Of a stretch of 20,000 nucleotides of DNA, positions 18,407-20,000 are shown piece by piece. The notes under the pieces are model-generated. The model saw only the letters and a list, made by a program, of their open reading frames with translations. It was not told where the DNA came from and searched no databases. Positions within the stretch are counted from its first letter, which is position 1. Each line of letters opens with the position of its first letter. The DNA is from Thraustochytrium aureum (lineage: Eukaryota): positions 257,416 through 277,415 of the forward strand of contig BLSG01000377.1 in assembly GCA_012862495.1 (NCBI GenBank), read 5' to 3'. Both the position numbers and the translations under genes were made by a program.

Positions 18407-20000
18407 CGGCTCCCAGCTCGAGAGCGCGTGTTTCTGGCGCGCTACGACATGCATGCGGCCCCGCGCCGGCCGTGGTTCAAGTTTACACCCGAGCTCGACC
18501 TGGCGAAACGCTTCGCTGTCAGCGCCTGCCCCGAGGTAGTCTTCGTGCCCCGCGCTTGCAACGGGTGGACCGAGTGGTGCTCGCGCGGCGCAGATCCAGC
18601 TGACCCCGCCGTGACGTTAATGGGCTGCGAAAACTTCAAGGAGCAATGCACTGGGAGGGAGACCTGGGACCGCGCTGGCGACCTGGCCACGTGGATTCTG
18701 AAACGCATTGACGCACAAGGCGAACCGAGCATCTCGCGGTTTTTGCGGACCTACAGGGAGCAAGGCCTCTGGATGCAGCAGCGCGATAGTAAGTTGATTC
18801 GAAGGGTGCTGGGCCGCTTTGCGCGCGGGCCGCTTCCTCACGCAACACCAGCAGGTGGCTAACGCACTGGGGGCACGGGATCGCAGAAACCACCGCCACA
18901 ACCATGATACGCAACTTGTATCTAAGTGAGGCCTTCCCGGCGTTCACGCCCCGCGGCTTCAAGGCCGTGCCTGTGCCGCGCGAGCTGCAAGAGTGGCTTT
19001 TGGGCTTCTACAAGCGAAACGAGGCCCATCGCAGGCCAGAGCAGTGGGCTGGAGCCTCAACTCAAATGAGTTTCCACGAGAAGCCAACAACCTTTGTAAG
19101 TTGGCCAGCGCTGTGTGGCGCCGCCTCCAGCTCGCATGCGGATGCTGTCTCATTTCATGCAGAGCGCTGACGGAGAAAGTTGGCTGGGCGGATTCCCGAC
19201 CCTAGGTCGACCTCGATCGCGAATACCACGAGCGCTCTAGGATGGCCAACCTGTACATCAAGCCCATTCTGGAGGAGTGGAGTGGAATCGACAACCTGGA
19301 GCTAACCGCGTTCTACGGGATACGAGAGTATCACGACGGCGCGTGGTTGCGGAACCACATCGACCGGATCGACACGCACGTGCTCAGCGTGACCATCTCT
19401 CTTTTAAAGGGGGATGAAGCCCTGTCGACTGCCAATCCCTGGCCCCTTGAGGTCGTTGACTGGAATGGTGACCACGGTAAGTTTGTGCACGTGCCCATGC
19501 GAGGAGGCGACGATTCCGAAACTAACCCTCTGCTGCGCACTGTTTCCACCTTGAAAGTTCGCTACGATCATCCTGGGGGAACGATGGTGCTCTATGAAAG
19601 CTCGAAATTGCTTCACGGGCGCCCCTTTCGCAACCTGGGTGGCATGCATGTCGGATGCTTTGTTCACTACAAGCCTCGGAACATGCATACCTCAGAAGCT
19701 GCAAAGTGGGACCAGATCGCAGCCAACGCGCGCAATAACCAGCAGCGGTGGACCGAATGGGCGCCATTTCGTTCCACACCTAGTGTAGAGCCCAAGCATC
19801 CGGTATTTGCCCAGAATAATGTTGGCGCCAAAACACAGTGGGCCCATTTGAGCCCACGTCGAGGCGAGAAGGTTCACAAGGACGTGGATGGCGCGGAGGA
19901 AGAGGGGGAGGAGGACAGTAGCGAAGAGGGCGAGGGCGACGAGGAGGAGGACGACGTTGACTATGACGAGGACGAGACGACGACGAGAGAAGAAGATGAT
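18407..20000 (+). CDS. Divergent paralog of the 2OG-Fe(II) oxygenase (partial: 5' end in gap, 3' end beyond window); exons <18407..18788, 18887..19095, 19206..19476, 19558..>20000
   Basis: Introns 18789..18886, 19096..19205 and 19477..19557 all start GTAAGT with CTAAC/CTGAC branch sites. The spliced product aligns with the minus-strand gene (PARERVFLARYDM, MIRNLYLSEAFPAF, NHIDRIDTHVLSVT, YDHPGGTMVLYESSKLLHGRP, KWDQIAANAR) and runs into an acidic tract. Confidence 0.92.

Noticed and set aside
17313..18603. ORFs spanning N gaps (also 3561-4264 and 5348-5929)
   Set aside because: Artefacts of translating through Ns.

Overview
Gene-dense, GC-rich eukaryotic (protist) scaffold with four N-gaps. 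A stramenopile, possibly labyrinthulomycete-like, origin is an inference from gene content and intron style. Eight protein genes in order: (1) a KNL2/Mis18BP1 centromere-licensing factor (SANTA + SANT, minus strand, frame-broken); (2) a divergent disordered KEN-box protein; (3) an 8-TM tandem tetraspanin-like membrane protein; (4) an intronless NAD(P)H nitrite reductase (NirB-NirD fusion) with a degenerate Rieske site; (5) a PP2C phosphatase with a KOW-like insertion; (6) a triple-C1 + Senescence(spartin)-domain protein (frame-broken); (7, 8) a head-to-head pair of thioredoxin-fold/2OG-Fe(II) oxygenase paralogs. One of the pair has a signal peptide, no introns, a frame break and a VHL-beta-like C-terminal domain; the other has three introns and is incomplete in this window. 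All five confident introns are GTAAGT...CTRAC...AG. Four reading-frame breaks lack this signature and all need a net +1 shift at short homopolymers; sequencing error is the simplest explanation, but recoding is testable.
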